Assembly (NCBI GenBank): GCA_963737905.1
Contig: CAVTUQ010000005.1
Coordinates: 114,742 to 178,741, forward strand
Length of the DNA: 64,000 bases
Direction: 5' to 3'
Source of the DNA: an uncultured delta proteobacterium
Lineage (GTDB): Bacteria; Desulfobacterota; Binatia; UBA9968
The position numbers and the translations under genes were made by a program. Below the pieces are notes generated by a model. The model was given only the letters and a program-made list of their open reading frames with translations, was not told the DNA's origin and ran no database searches. Within the stretch, counting starts at the first letter, position 1. Each line of letters begins with the position of its first letter. Of this stretch, positions 62,638-64,000 are shown one piece after another.

Positions 62638-63924
62638 TTAGTCCAAAAGCTCTAATGCGTGGATCGCCAAGCCTTCGGCAACCGAAGTAAACTCCTGGCC
62701 GGCGCGGATCGGTGTTTTTCCGCCGAACTTTTGCGCGAACAGTTTTCGGACTGCCGGGACGAAGGACGAGCCGCCGGTCATGAAGATGGCGTCGACGTCT
62801 TGTGGCGCGACGCCGCACGTCGTAAGCAAACGATCCACACAGTGGCCGATCTGCGAGACTTCCGGTTCAATCCAGCCTTCAAATTGAAGGCGTGAGATGG
62901 GCCTTTCGACGACCACTGCCGCTTCGTCGAAACGGAGCTCGGTTTGAGTGTCGTCGGACAAGGCGCACTTCGTGCGCTCGATGGACTGATAGAGCCGATA
63001 GCCGAGATCGTGATCGACGAGGTCGATGAGCGCGTCGATTTTCTGCGGCTCAAGCGCCTGGACGCGAATCCGCCGCAGTAGATCCATATTCTTCCGGGTT
63101 TTAAGAAAGGACAGGTAGTGCCAGCGTTCGAGATGCTCGTAGAGCCAGTTCGGCACGGGTAACACTTTTCCGAACTGGCTCTTGTATTTGGAGCCCAGAC
63201 CCAGCATCGGCGCAACCAAGTTGCGCACCAGTTTGCTATCGAAAGTGTCGCCGGCAATGCCGACGCCGTCGGTCCCGATGACCGAGCTTTGCGCTTTTCC
63301 TACGGGGGAAGGTTGGGCTTGCAGTTGAACTAAAGAAAAATCGCTTGTGCCGCCGCCGAAGTCGGCAACCAGCACGAGCTCATCGTGATCGAGATGATGC
63401 TGGTACTTGTAAGCCGCAGCTACGGGCTCCGGCAAAAAGCGCACCTGTTCGAAACCGGCGTTGCCGAAGGCGGCGCGCAGTCGGTTGACAGCGAACTCGT
63501 CGTCAGCTTCATCTTGCGTACCGCTAAAATGTACCGGTCGGCCAACGACTAGCGTGGCACCCAGGTCGCCGAACTCTACTTCGGCGGACTGCCGTAGATA
63601 GCGGAGCAAGATGCCGATCAATTCCTCGAGCGAATACGTTTCACCCATAATCTGAGTTTGCTTGAACAAGCGGCTGGCGAGGTAGGACTTCATCGACTGT
63701 ATCAACCGGCCCGGCGTCTTCGCGTTCAGATAACTTTGGATCGCGTCGGGCCCGGCGACCACGCGGAGCTTGCCGGTTCGAGCGCTGTCATGTTCGTCGA
63801 AATAAAGGATGGATCGAAAAGTCGCTTCGCCCTTGAATCGCGCCAGTTGCACAGTCCCGCCGGGCCTGGCGAGCGCGAGAGCGCTATTGGTTGTGCCAAA
63901 GTCGAGTCCGATTGCTTTCCCCAA
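62638..63924 (-). CDS. Hsp70-family protein (YegD-like)
   Basis: GLDFGTTNS, GRPVHF, EPVAAA, DFGGGTSDF, TGGSS; lacks the substrate-binding domain. Confidence 0.9.
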   Translation of the reverse strand: MGKAIGLDFGTTNSALALARPGGTVQLARFKGEATFRSILYFDEHDSARTGKLRVVAGPDAIQSYLNAKTPGRLIQSMKSYLASRLFKQTQIMGETYSLEELIGILLRYLRQSAEVEFGDLGATLVVGRPVHFSGTQDEADDEFAVNRLRAAFGNAGFEQVRFLPEPVAAAYKYQHHLDHDELVLVADFGGGTSDFSLVQLQAQPSPVGKAQSSVIGTDGVGIAGDTFDSKLVRNLVAPMLGLGSKYKSQFGKVLPVPNWLYEHLERWHYLSFLKTRKNMDLLRRIRVQALEPQKIDALIDLVDHDLGYRLYQSIERTKCALSDDTQTELRFDEAAVVVERPISRLQFEGWIEPEVSQIGHCVDRLLTTCGVAPQDVDAIFMTGGSSFVPAVRKLFAQKFGGKTPIRAGQEFTSVAEGLAIHALELLD

Positions 63925-64000
63925 GGCTGTTTCCTTATACAAGAGAAGCGGTGGCTCCCTCCGAGCCATCGCTGTGGTGAACCGAAATTTGCAGTTTAAC

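Overview
Bacterial chromosomal window. The zapB-zapA-6S-ygfA-rny-ymdB-tyrS and era-der gene order plus the 16S style point to a Deltaproteobacteria-like lineage, plausibly Candidatus Binatia (inference only, no database search run). Bases 1-30.5 kb are a metal-homeostasis island. It holds SCO plus two Cox11-like proteins; a divergent sigma54-driven cluster of small exported proteins; a ~10 kb minus-strand operon (Zn/Mn-type ABC transporter, RAPP-motif leader ORF, outer-membrane barrel, two CopC, DUF4198, a CopD fusion, a BNR-repeat protein, TlpA); a chrB/chrA cassette; nikR-TBDR-DUF4198-exbBD-tonB-methyltransferase; and a regulator-modABC unit. Bases 30.6-37 kb are housekeeping genes. Bases 37-47.7 kb are a MoxR/DUF58/triple-VWA cluster, followed by era-der, a complete rrn operon (16S, tRNA-Ile, tRNA-Ala, 23S, 5S), two enzymes, a Phd-VapC toxin-antitoxin pair and a YegD-like Hsp70. 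Best candidate novel system: four copies of a 7-13-7 operator-like motif link NikR to both the TBDR operon and the 'copper-type' CopC/CopD operon. That operon also has a long structured 5' leader and an internal RAPP arrest-peptide ORF whose RAPP codons can pair with the downstream Shine-Dalgarno. Six genes, including essential der, carry 1-2 nt frameshifts, most likely sequencing or assembly errors.
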